The translations under genes were made by a program, and so were the position numbers. This document shows positions 10,500-20,368 of a stretch of DNA of 64,000 nucleotides, one piece after another. Origin of the DNA: an uncultured Clostridia bacterium (GTDB lineage: Bacteria > Bacillota > Clostridia > TANB77 > CAG-508); NCBI GenBank assembly GCA_947628815.1, contig CANRBJ010000004.1, forward strand, positions 28,355 to 92,354, written 5' to 3'. Under the pieces are notes generated by a model that saw nothing but the letters and a program-made list of their open reading frames with translations, did not search any database and was not told the DNA's origin. Position 1 is the first letter of the stretch, and each line of letters opens with the position of its first letter.

Positions 10500-10627
10500 T
10501 ATACAAAGAAAGTATATGATACTTATACTTTCTTCTAAATATAAGATAATATCATATGAGAATTTTCTTATATTTATACATCCCCTTTTATTTTCAAAAA
10601 ACGGCTATATATAAATAGCCGTTTTTT
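10500..10627 (+). ncRNA. Candidate small RNA or structured 3' UTR ending in an intrinsic terminator
   Basis: Two hairpins, an unpaired ACATCCCCTTT, then AAAAAACGGCTAT..ATAGCCGTTTTTT. Confidence 0.4.
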
Positions 10628-10656
10628 AATATTTTATTTAATTTCTAAGTTTATTT

Positions 10657-11481
10657 TTAGAATACAATAACATCCATTTCATCTGTAAAATTAGCATTAC
10701 CGTATGGATAAATAAGATATAAATAATTATTAGCACCTAATATATAATTTGTTGTGTTCTGTATTTCATAAATATCGCTAGTTAAATCTCTTTTGTATAA
10801 ATTATATCCTAGTTTTCTTAAATTTTCTGATTGTGTATCTGCTTCTTGTACTTTAGTTAATACCATATTTTTTACAACATCTTCTCGTAATCCTTTAATT
10901 TCTAATATCTGATTTAATGAAATTTCTTCATTAGTACTCAAATTATAGTTATATGTTTGTATAATAACTCGTTGTGGATTGTTACCTTCTTTTAATGTAG
11001 ATTTAATAACCAGTGATAGTATATTTGTATTAATATATCCCATATATTCTACTGTATAGATTGTATTATTATTTGCATTACGAATAATGTTATTTGCTTT
11101 ATCTACATATGTTTCTTTTATTTTTTGGTTAAACTTTTCTACTGATGTATTTGATATATTAACTTTTGGTATATTCAAATTTAAATCATAACGATTTTCT
11201 ACAGTGCTTTGTCTTGAAGCCCATGTATAGATTAAATCCTTCGAAGAATCAATTTTCGTTACTCCTGTTGTATTTACATTATACCCTTGATAATCTAGCA
11301 TATTATTAAATATATTTTTAAAATCTTTGCTTAAAGCCATTAACTCTTCACTATTTTGTGTTGGATTTTCAATTTTTTCTTCCGTATTCCTAAAGAATTG
11401 CCAATAAACTCCAAAATTTATTGCAAATATACAAATGATAATAATAATTGCAAATATAATAGTTCTTGCGTTTATTTTCAT
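10657..11481 (-). CDS. Membrane-anchored extracytoplasmic hypothetical protein (anti-sigma RsiV/PdaC-like domain possible)
   Basis: N-terminal TM; NIPKVN, ILSLVI, TYNYNLST motifs. Confidence 0.7.
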   Translation of the reverse strand: MKINARTIIFAIIIIICIFAINFGVYWQFFRNTEEKIENPTQNSEELMALSKDFKNIFNNMLDYQGYNVNTTGVTKIDSSKDLIYTWASRQSTVENRYDLNLNIPKVNISNTSVEKFNQKIKETYVDKANNIIRNANNNTIYTVEYMGYINTNILSLVIKSTLKEGNNPQRVIIQTYNYNLSTNEEISLNQILEIKGLREDVVKNMVLTKVQEADTQSENLRKLGYNLYKRDLTSDIYEIQNTTNYILGANNYLYLIYPYGNANFTDEMDVIVF

Positions 11482-11559
11482 TTTTACATCAATCCTTCCA
11501 TTATCAAATTCATTATAACATTAATTTAGCATAAATGTAAATAAATTCTTCGATAAATA

Positions 11560-11650
11560 TTGACTTTTTATGAATTTTGTATTAGAATAATTAAGCATTA
11601 TTATATAGAATACATAATAAACTTCTCCCCGGTAGTTTATTTTATGTTTA
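11560..11650 (+). promoter_or_regulatory. rplM promoter and probable L13 leader hairpin
   Basis: TTGACT-N17-TAGAAT; ATAAAC-TTCTCCCCGGTA-GTTTAT stem-loop in the leader. Confidence 0.5.
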
Positions 11651-11704
11651 ATTTATATAATATATACAAAAAGAGAAAAAAATGAATGGAGGGTATTTAT
11701 TACC

Positions 11705-12139
11705 ATGAATAATACAACATACAGTATAAAGAAAAATGATATCGAAAGAAAATGGTATATAATTGATGCAGAAGGTAAGCCTTTAGGTAGAGTTGCAACA
11801 GAAGCTGCAAAATTATTAAGAGGAAAACATAAACCAACTTTTACACCTAATATTGATGTAGGTGATCATGTAATTATAATTAACTGTGCAAAAGTAGTTT
11901 TAACAGGTCACAAATTAGATCAAAAAGTTTATAGACATCATTCTGGATACATAGGTGGCATGAAAGAAACTGTAGCAAGAGATATGATGAACAAAAATCC
12001 TGAAAAAGCTTTAATGCTTGCTATTAAAGGAATGCTTCCACACAATAGTTTAGGAAGACAATCTATTACAAAATTAAGATTATACGCTGGAGATGTTCAT
12101 GAAAACCAAGCTCAAAAACCAGAAAAATGGGAATTCTAA
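11705..12139 (+). CDS. rplM: 50S ribosomal protein L13
   Basis: [18 protein letters not shown]. Confidence 0.98.
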   Translation: MNNTTYSIKKNDIERKWYIIDAEGKPLGRVATEAAKLLRGKHKPTFTPNIDVGDHVIIINCAKVVLTGHKLDQKVYRHHSGYIGGMKETVARDMMNKNPEKALMLAIKGMLPHNSLGRQSITKLRLYAGDVHENQAQKPEKWEF

Positions 12140-12160
12140 AAAATTAAGGAGGAAATATAA

Positions 12161-12568
12161 ATGCCTAAAGCAAGTAAAGAAAAAATAATGTTCTATGGTA
12201 CAGGTAGAAGAAAAAGTTCAATTGCAAGAGTTCGTTTAGTAGAAGGAACTGGAGTTATAACAATTAACGGAAAAAGTATTGATGAATACTTTGGACTTGA
12301 AACATTAAAAGTTATCGTAAAACAACCATTAACAGTTACAAATACACTTTCTAAATATGATGTTATTTGTAAAGTTATTGGTGGTGGATATACCGGTCAA
12401 GCTGGAGCAATCCGTCACGGAATTGCACGTGCTTTAACAGAAGCAAATGCTGAATACAGACCAGAATTAAAAGCAAATGGTTTCTTAACAAGAGATCCTC
12501 GTATGAAAGAAAGAAAAAAATACGGTCTTAAAAAAGCAAGAAAAGCACCACAATTCTCTAAGAGATAA
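12161..12568 (+). CDS. rpsI: 30S ribosomal protein S9
   Basis: GTGRRK, GGG.TGQAGA, PQFSKR. Confidence 0.98.
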   Translation: MPKASKEKIMFYGTGRRKSSIARVRLVEGTGVITINGKSIDEYFGLETLKVIVKQPLTVTNTLSKYDVICKVIGGGYTGQAGAIRHGIARALTEANAEYRPELKANGFLTRDPRMKERKKYGLKKARKAPQFSKR

Positions 12569-12575
12569 AAAAAGG

Positions 12576-12609
12576 AAAACTTGGAAATACGTTTGTTTCC
12601 AAGTTTTTT
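12576..12609 (+). terminator. Intrinsic terminator of rplM-rpsI
   Basis: AAAACTTGGAAA..TTTCCAAGTTTTTT. Confidence 0.8.
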
Positions 12610-12646
12610 GTAAAGTATAAAATATTAAATTTATTAGGAGGTATAT

Positions 12647-13636
12647 ATGATACGAATTGCTTTTTTTGATACAAAGGAATATGATAGAAAATTATTTGAT
12701 AAATATAATAAAGATTATGGATATGATATAACTTATTTTGAAACTACTCTAAATACTGAAACTGCTCCACTTACACAAGGCTTTGATGCAGTATGCATTT
12801 TTGTACATGATAAGATTAATAAACGTACTTTTGAAATATTAGAAAAAAATGGAGTAAAATTAGTTGCACTTCGTTGTGCTGGTTTTAACAATGTTGATTT
12901 AAAGAACAAAGGAAATGTGCGTGTTGTATATGTTCCAGAATATTCTCCATATGCAGTTGCAGAACATGCCTGTGCTTTGCTTTTGAATGTTACAAGAAAG
13001 CTATATAAATCTTATCAACGTACAAGAAAATATAACTTTACTTTAGATGGATTATTGGGTTTTGATATTCATGGAAAAACAGTTGGAGTAATTGGTACTG
13101 GCAAAATTGGAAAAGTTTTTATACAAATTATGAAGGGATTTGGTACCAATGTTATAGCATATGATGTATATCCAAATGAACAAGCAAGTCGTGAATTGGG
13201 CTTTGAATATGTTTCATTAGATGAGTTATATAAAAGATCTGACATTATTTCTTTACACTGCCCTCTAACTCCTGAAACAGAAAATATTATTAACTCAAGT
13301 AGTATTAGTAAAATGAAAGATGGCGTTGTTTTAATTAATTGTAGTAGAGGAAAACTAATTGATACAACAAGTCTTATTAAAGAAATGGAAACCGGAAAAA
13401 TTGGTGGTGTTGGACTAGATGTATACGAAGATGAAGATGAGTTCTTTTTACGTGATATGACTAATTCTTATAAAAGAGACACAAATTTATCTATATTGCT
13501 ATCTATGCCAAACTTGATTATTACTTCTCACCAAGCATTTTTTACAAGCGAAGCTTTGAATAAAATTGCAAGCGATACTTGTGAAAATATTAAGCAAGTT
13601 TTTGATGGAGCCCAGTGTAAGAATGAATTGAAATAG
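12647..13636 (+). CDS. ldhA: D-lactate / D-2-hydroxyacid dehydrogenase
   Basis: LRCAGFNNVD, YSPYAVAEH, GTGKIG, LDVYEDE. Confidence 0.88.
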   Translation: MIRIAFFDTKEYDRKLFDKYNKDYGYDITYFETTLNTETAPLTQGFDAVCIFVHDKINKRTFEILEKNGVKLVALRCAGFNNVDLKNKGNVRVVYVPEYSPYAVAEHACALLLNVTRKLYKSYQRTRKYNFTLDGLLGFDIHGKTVGVIGTGKIGKVFIQIMKGFGTNVIAYDVYPNEQASRELGFEYVSLDELYKRSDIISLHCPLTPETENIINSSSISKMKDGVVLINCSRGKLIDTTSLIKEMETGKIGGVGLDVYEDEDEFFLRDMTNSYKRDTNLSILLSMPNLIITSHQAFFTSEALNKIASDTCENIKQVFDGAQCKNELK

Positions 13637-13739
13637 ATTGTAGCCCCCTACCAATACATTTAATGGTAGGGGAATATTTACATATAATACTTTTGATATT
13701 AATGAATTAATCATTTTAATGTTTACATTCGATTCAAAA

Positions 13740-16700
13740 TTAAATTGCTATTCTAAAATATTTTTTTATTATGTTTTTATCATTATCATTCAATCCATAT
13801 ATTTCAAATATTTTTTCATCTAATTCTTTAATATAAACTTCTTTATTATTATAATCACTAATTATTTTATCAACCAAATTAACTATATCATCAACATAAT
13901 CTGCTTTATATTTTATTGGTAATGCTTCTAGTGTCTCTATATCTGTTTGTGGCATAGGTCTACCTTTTTCATTCGCTAATATTTCATAATACCATCTAAT
14001 AACTTTAGAATTGAGAATTGCTAATATATATTTTATATTCCATTCATCATTATTTGGCGCAAATGAATGAACATTATTTAAATGATATAATCCATCTTCA
14101 TCATATGAAGCAATAATTGTATCTGCTGTTTGTCTAACAAATAATTTAGGATTTTCTATAATATCTTTATCCCATCCACCTGCATTTAATAATGGTGGAT
14201 CAATATTTATCCAATCACCTTCATATATAACTTTATACTCAATAACTTGTGAGCCAGATGTAATACCTTTTTTGTATGTTGGTTTTTCCTGTGATAATGC
14301 TAAAATATTTTTTTGACCTATTTTAGATCTTACACCTGTACGACCAGTATAATTTTTTCCAAGTTTGCATGAATTATTTTCTATTTTATCAATTAAATCT
14401 TTAGTAGTTTTATCAAAGAATATTCTAAATCTACTTCTGTCTAATTTTTTTGCATAGCTTTGTGGATAAGCAAACGAATGTGAATCATCAACAAATCCAT
14501 TCTTTTGTACAACATCAATAAATTTCATTAAATCATCATCATCATGTTTTTGTTTTTGGAATAAATAAATTACCGAATAACCAACACATGCATTAAAAAC
14601 ATCTGAACCTAAAATAGCTATATGCTTTACTTTACATGTTTTTAAAATATATGCACGTATTTTAGAGAAATACATTCCTAATAGGAAACTATCTGGAACT
14701 ATAAAACTTGATACTCCGCCATCTTTGCATGAATTAATTGCTAATTCCATAAATAAAGCATACATATTGATTTTATATTCTGCTGAATTTGGATAATTAT
14801 TTCTATAATATTCTTTTTCTTCTTGAGTCATTCTCCTTGAAGTATCTCTACTTCCTGTACCAATATATGGTGGGTTTCCAATAACAATATCAAATCCATC
14901 AGTAACTCCAAACATCCAATCCTTATCAAACCAATCTGTTGGTTCATTAGCAAATGGCTTCCATGCAGAAAGTTGATAATATTTTTTGGAAGGCTTTTTT
15001 CCAAATAATTGGATACTTTCAAGTAACATATTTTGTTGAATATTCGCAAATTCTAGTTTTAATTCATTTCTTCGAGAACTATCTGCAATAAAATATTCTT
15101 CTCTAACATTTTTTAAAGCCCTAATGTTCTCTATATTTTCAAATAAAGTCATTTGTGAAGAATCATCTAATTTTACCAATGAATTAGCTATAATAAATTT
15201 AAAGTCAAGATTTGGTAATGGATTTATTCCTCTATTTTCTTCATCATCTTTTACTTTTTCTTCTATTATTAATGATAAGAAACATCTTAATCTTGATATT
15301 TCCACTGCTATTGGTTGAATATCAGAACCAAATATTGAATTTTGAATTACACTTATTTTGCGAATATAATTTAGAGAACCAACACTGAATTTATTCTCTA
15401 TTTCTTTTTTTAATATTGGATCAATATTGTCTGTACTTTTATTAAGCCACATTTTAGCTGTAGGATCTAATTCTTGTAAAATATATACTATTTTTTGTAA
15501 CATTCCTATTGGGAATGCCCCAGAACCACAAGCTGGATCATATACGGTTACTTTATATAGAGCATCAATTATTAGTTTTTTTTCTGTATCATTAAATGTA
15601 TATAAATCATCTTCCTTTGAATAACTTATTAGTCCTTTTAATGCTGTTTCGTTAATGTTCGTTTCTTTTTGTAAATATTGAAATAATGATGTATCAACCA
15701 TATAATCAACTACATCTCTTGGAGTATAAAAGCTACCTGTATTTTTTTTTGCATTTTCACCTGTTTCTGGATTAATTTCTGCAAGTAAATTTTCAAATAT
15801 ACGACCTAGCATCTCTGGATCGATTGACAATTCAATATCATAAGCTGTATTCTCATCAACTGTAAAATTGTATTCTGATAATGTTTGATATAAGTCTAAA
15901 AACCATTCATTTGGAATATTAACTCTTTCAGCACATATCTTTTTATCAATATTATAAAGATAATTGTCATCTGTATGTGGACTAAATAAACCACCATTTA
16001 AATATGGTATTAATTTAAACTCTCCATCTGAAAATTCGCTTTTTCTTATATCAGTTTTAATATTTAATAATTCAAAGAATAATGGTTCAAGTATTTCATT
16101 ATAATAATATTCACAATTTAAAATTGTATCTTTATCGAAAAAGTTATTTGGAATTAATGCAATACCATTATCGCTTTTCTTTTCTCTAAGAAACCAACAA
16201 AATAAAATACGACCAATTAACCTTACACCAAATTCTGAATATTTTTTTTCATTAATTTCTTTATTAAAAAGTAAAATTCTTTCATATTTTTTACTTCCAA
16301 ACTTTCCACCAATTAATTTTGTAAATGCTTCTGCAATTTCAGAATAAAATTGTTTATTAACAACTTCAACTGAAAATCTAGAAATTAATTCTGTTAAATC
16401 TTTAACCTTACCCTTTGAAATTAAATTTTTATATGCTGTTTTTGTTTTTGTACCATATCCTAATGAATATGAAAAACGTTTTGGATTTGAGATTACCTTT
16501 ATTATCTTTTCTCCATCATATTCATATTTACTTGTTAAAAGAGAAATTCTGTAATTCTCCATATCGTTGCTAACAAATGAAACTATTGCATTATCAATTC
16601 TTAATCCTCTTAATATTTTAAACATTTCTTGAGTTATCATAACTCTTCTGTTTTGACATCCTTCATTTAGAAAAACCTCAAAGACTGTTAATTCGCATGA

Positions 16701-16868
16701 ATTAGAATATCCTAATTGTTTTACGCTTTTAAACAATTGATTATCAAAAATCACATTATGTTCATCTTTAGTAAAATCATTTAATAAAATATCTCCCATT
16801 AAATAACTATAATTGTCTTGATGATACTCTTTTTTTAGTATTTCCTCCGCTTCTTTAATCGTTATCAT
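13740..16868 (-). CDS. Eco57I/TaqI-like N6-adenine DNA methyltransferase with C-terminal specificity domain (type IIG-like)
   Basis: YLNGGLF, GSFYTP, DPACGSGAF, GNPPY, TaqI_C-like tail. Confidence 0.88.
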   Translation of the reverse strand: MITIKEAEEILKKEYHQDNYSYLMGDILLNDFTKDEHNVIFDNQLFKSVKQLGYSNSCELTVFEVFLNEGCQNRRVMITQEMFKILRGLRIDNAIVSFVSNDMENYRISLLTSKYEYDGEKIIKVISNPKRFSYSLGYGTKTKTAYKNLISKGKVKDLTELISRFSVEVVNKQFYSEIAEAFTKLIGGKFGSKKYERILLFNKEINEKKYSEFGVRLIGRILFCWFLREKKSDNGIALIPNNFFDKDTILNCEYYYNEILEPLFFELLNIKTDIRKSEFSDGEFKLIPYLNGGLFSPHTDDNYLYNIDKKICAERVNIPNEWFLDLYQTLSEYNFTVDENTAYDIELSIDPEMLGRIFENLLAEINPETGENAKKNTGSFYTPRDVVDYMVDTSLFQYLQKETNINETALKGLISYSKEDDLYTFNDTEKKLIIDALYKVTVYDPACGSGAFPIGMLQKIVYILQELDPTAKMWLNKSTDNIDPILKKEIENKFSVGSLNYIRKISVIQNSIFGSDIQPIAVEISRLRCFLSLIIEEKVKDDEENRGINPLPNLDFKFIIANSLVKLDDSSQMTLFENIENIRALKNVREEYFIADSSRRNELKLEFANIQQNMLLESIQLFGKKPSKKYYQLSAWKPFANEPTDWFDKDWMFGVTDGFDIVIGNPPYIGTGSRDTSRRMTQEEKEYYRNNYPNSAEYKINMYALFMELAINSCKDGGVSSFIVPDSFLLGMYFSKIRAYILKTCKVKHIAILGSDVFNACVGYSVIYLFQKQKHDDDDLMKFIDVVQKNGFVDDSHSFAYPQSYAKKLDRSRFRIFFDKTTKDLIDKIENNSCKLGKNYTGRTGVRSKIGQKNILALSQEKPTYKKGITSGSQVIEYKVIYEGDWINIDPPLLNAGGWDKDIIENPKLFVRQTADTIIASYDEDGLYHLNNVHSFAPNNDEWNIKYILAILNSKVIRWYYEILANEKGRPMPQTDIETLEALPIKYKADYVDDIVNLVDKIISDYNNKEVYIKELDEKIFEIYGLNDNDKNIIKKYFRIAI

Positions 16869-19800
16869 TTCTTAAATCCTCCGTAAACATAATTGTTTCT
16901 GTTTGTGCATCAATAGCTTCTGCCTTTGTTTTTATTTGAATAATATAATGAACAGGTAATTTATCTTTTAATCCTATAACTATTTCATCAGCTATTGCTG
17001 GAAGAATTTTTATATTAGCAATATATTTCAATTCTCCATCACTTAAGTCATCATAGTTTTGTATTACTTCATATAAATCACTTAAATAATCTTTTTCTTT
17101 TGAGCATATTGCCATAAGTTGTTTTATGTTTTCAAGTGCAATTCCTTTTCTTTTATCAATTTTTATTTTAGGATATGTTTGTTTTATTTCATCTCTTAAT
17201 ATTGCAAATTTTTCATCTAAAATAGAATCACCTTCAAATCCCTCTTCAGTTTGTTCTGCTTTGAACAATTTTAAGACTCTTTCTGCTGGCATAATTTGAG
17301 CCTCTTCTTCTGGCATTGCCATTGCAAACAATGAATTATTGCCACGCTTTGCAAATGAAATTGCACCTTCTTCTTTTTGATTTTTTCTAACAATTCTAAC
17401 TCTTTCTGGTATTTGTAATATTTCATCAATAAAAATATTGTTGTGTTTAATTAAATTATAGTCATTTCTATATTCAACATCCCAACTAACTTCATTTTCT
17501 TCTTCACTAGCTTCTTTATATTGTCTTTTAAAATAACTTTCCAATGTTTCATCAGGAGTTAATGTTTTTGTATCACTTCCTATAATATTATTAATAAGTA
17601 ACATTTTTAAAGTTGATATACCTTTAATTAATGTATTTTTTTCTCCAATATCTGTTGGGAATAAATTATAAATATATATTTTATCAAATATTTTTTTATT
17701 TATTCTATTAATTCTCCCTATTCTTTGTACTACCCTAGTTGGATTATATGGTATATCATAATTTATAATAACACCTGCACGATTTAAGTTGAACCCTTCA
17801 GAAAGTGCATCTGTAGCTACAATTATATCATAGTCGTTATGTTGTTCAGTTTCTTTATATGATGCATCAAAATTACGTTTTACAGTAATTCTATCACTAT
17901 TTGAAGATCCACCAGTATATAGGAATGCTTTAAATCCTTCTTTACTTAATCTTTCTGCAACATAATTAGCCGTATCAGCAAATCCTGAAAAAATAACAAT
18001 TTTTCTATTTGTTTTTTCACTTAATAATTTTCTTAATGTTTTCGAAACTTCATTATATTTTGGATCATCTCCTAATTTATCTCCAACAAACCAATCATTA
18101 TATATATCTTTTAAAAGCTCAATGTCTTTTTCAATTGCTTCAATATATTCTTCCTTAAATAATTCTCTTTCAAAAGGAATAGCTTTCTTTTTAATTTTAT
18201 CTAAATCTAATATTTCATCTTCACTATTTATTTCATCCAAAGTCATTTGAATTTCTTCTTCATTAGGATCAGATAAATAGCCTGATTTCTTAATAGGTAC
18301 ATATCCTTTATCCCACCATTTTTTTATTGCCTCATAAGACTTTAATATTGATGTTAGTGTTGCTTTGAATGAAGCCTTTGAGCTCTCAAATCTAGTAACT
18401 AATAGTCGTTTTATAAACTGAGCTAGGTTACCTTGGAATAATTGTATGTTCATCTCACCAAATAGTTCACCATATTTTGCATTAAATGCATTTATGTCTT
18501 TTAAATAATATGATGGATTATATCTTGCACAATTAAATTGATTACTTAATCTATCCAAAGTTTTAATATATAAATCTCTAATATCACCTAAATCATATTC
18601 AACAAGATTTGGACCTATTATTTCTGGAAATTCAATCTTTTGCATTTTTAAATCTTCATCGTATTCTTTAATTTGTTTTAAATCTATTCTGCTTCTTCTA
18701 ATTATTACAGGATCAATCATAACCCTTAATTCATCACTTAATTTGTTTAATTCACATTTTATTGAATCACTTAAATTTTTCTTTCCCTCTTTCTCTAATC
18801 TATTATATTTTGCTATTAATTCATGAAATCTTATTCCTAAATTATCGACAGTATTTATTGTAGATCTACTTGGAGTTTGGAATAATTTAATTAATGCAAA
18901 TAAATCTTGTGGTCTATTATTATATGGTGTTGCAGTTAATAGTATAACTTTATTATCTGGATTAGATCTTGTTAATTGATGGAGCATTTGATAATCATTA
19001 CTTAATTCATTTCTATATCTATGTGCCTCATCTAATATATATAATATTGGTTCTGGATTATCTGAATAATTATTATATATCTCTTCAATTTTTCCACTAC
19101 TATATACCTTCACACCTCTTAATCCAAATTCTTGTTGATAATCATTCCATTGATCAACTAAATGTGGTGGTGCAATTATAACTGTTTTTTGCATGTCAAG
19201 ATTATATGCAATAGCTGATGCTATTATTGATTTTCCTAAACCAACAACATCAGCAATAATAACACCATTATTTTTATTTATACAATCCACTCCTAATTTT
19301 ATTGCATCTAGTTGATATTTTAAATTAAAAAATTTTCCATTTGTAATATCTGATGGTGTATTAATATCATTACTATCTGATGAATTAAATAATTCATATA
19401 ATATTCTAGTATAAATCTTATATGGTTCTGGTTGAGCAAAAATCCATAATTTTTCTTTCAATTTTTTTTCAAAATCTTTATTTCCATCTTTTATACATAT
19501 ATCAATACTTTTACTATCATTCCATAAATCTTCAAATTTAGATTTATATTCATCATATTTATCATTATCAGAAAAACGTTCATTCATTTCTCCTTGCCCA
19601 AGTAAACCATTAAATGTAAAATTTGATGATCCTGAAAAAACGACTCCCTTTTGGTCTCCAAAACATGAATATTCTTCTTTATTTGTTATAATGTAAGCTT
19701 TTGCATGGTTTTGAACCGCAGTTAAACGAATTTCTAATGAACCATTTTTTATTTTTTCTAAAAACATTTTAAACACATTTTGACTATCAGTACTATCAAA

Positions 19801-20142
19801 TTGTTCCGATAGTGATGATTTATTAAATAGGTCTATAAAACTTTTAGTATACGCCTCTTTCTTTTGTAAATTGTTTAGTTTTCCATATCCTCTAATTGCA
19901 TAAGTTTCTAGTGACTCATCTAAGTCATCTTTAACCGCACGACACAATTCTTCTATTGCTAATGGATCTATCGTATTGCCAACCAAAATTCTTATTTTTT
20001 TATCTTTCAATTCATCCGCTAATGCATTAAATCCTGAAAAATAAAAAAATGCAGTTAATATATCGACACTTTCTGCTTGATTCAATGCATTTCTTAATGA
20101 ATCTATCATCTTTTTTTCTCGATTATCTATTATTGATGCCAT
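16855..20142 (-). CDS. PLD-nuclease plus SNF2-like helicase, partner of the methylase
   Basis: HAKAY..GSSNFT; ADVVGLGKS, DEAH, TATP, QRIGRINR; overlaps the methylase start by 14 bp. Confidence 0.88.
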   Translation of the reverse strand: MASIIDNREKKMIDSLRNALNQAESVDILTAFFYFSGFNALADELKDKKIRILVGNTIDPLAIEELCRAVKDDLDESLETYAIRGYGKLNNLQKKEAYTKSFIDLFNKSSLSEQFDSTDSQNVFKMFLEKIKNGSLEIRLTAVQNHAKAYIITNKEEYSCFGDQKGVVFSGSSNFTFNGLLGQGEMNERFSDNDKYDEYKSKFEDLWNDSKSIDICIKDGNKDFEKKLKEKLWIFAQPEPYKIYTRILYELFNSSDSNDINTPSDITNGKFFNLKYQLDAIKLGVDCINKNNGVIIADVVGLGKSIIASAIAYNLDMQKTVIIAPPHLVDQWNDYQQEFGLRGVKVYSSGKIEEIYNNYSDNPEPILYILDEAHRYRNELSNDYQMLHQLTRSNPDNKVILLTATPYNNRPQDLFALIKLFQTPSRSTINTVDNLGIRFHELIAKYNRLEKEGKKNLSDSIKCELNKLSDELRVMIDPVIIRRSRIDLKQIKEYDEDLKMQKIEFPEIIGPNLVEYDLGDIRDLYIKTLDRLSNQFNCARYNPSYYLKDINAFNAKYGELFGEMNIQLFQGNLAQFIKRLLVTRFESSKASFKATLTSILKSYEAIKKWWDKGYVPIKKSGYLSDPNEEEIQMTLDEINSEDEILDLDKIKKKAIPFERELFKEEYIEAIEKDIELLKDIYNDWFVGDKLGDDPKYNEVSKTLRKLLSEKTNRKIVIFSGFADTANYVAERLSKEGFKAFLYTGGSSNSDRITVKRNFDASYKETEQHNDYDIIVATDALSEGFNLNRAGVIINYDIPYNPTRVVQRIGRINRINKKIFDKIYIYNLFPTDIGEKNTLIKGISTLKMLLINNIIGSDTKTLTPDETLESYFKRQYKEASEEENEVSWDVEYRNDYNLIKHNNIFIDEILQIPERVRIVRKNQKEEGAISFAKRGNNSLFAMAMPEEEAQIMPAERVLKLFKAEQTEEGFEGDSILDEKFAILRDEIKQTYPKIKIDKRKGIALENIKQLMAICSKEKDYLSDLYEVIQNYDDLSDGELKYIANIKILPAIADEIVIGLKDKLPVHYIIQIKTKAEAIDAQTETIMFTEDLRNDND

Positions 20143-20368
20143 ATATATTCTCTCCTTTTTATATTCTTAAATAAATCTTGAAATATATCAAGCAAAGTAA
20201 AAATTTAAGTTGTCATTTTATTTCTCTAACTTATTTATAATAATATTATTATATTTTATATCATAAAAAGACATTTTTCTCAACAAAATCAAATAATTTG
20301 CTTTACATTTTTTCATTTTTTAGTGTTATTCCATAACACAATAGAAAGTTTATAGTCTCGTTTAAAAT

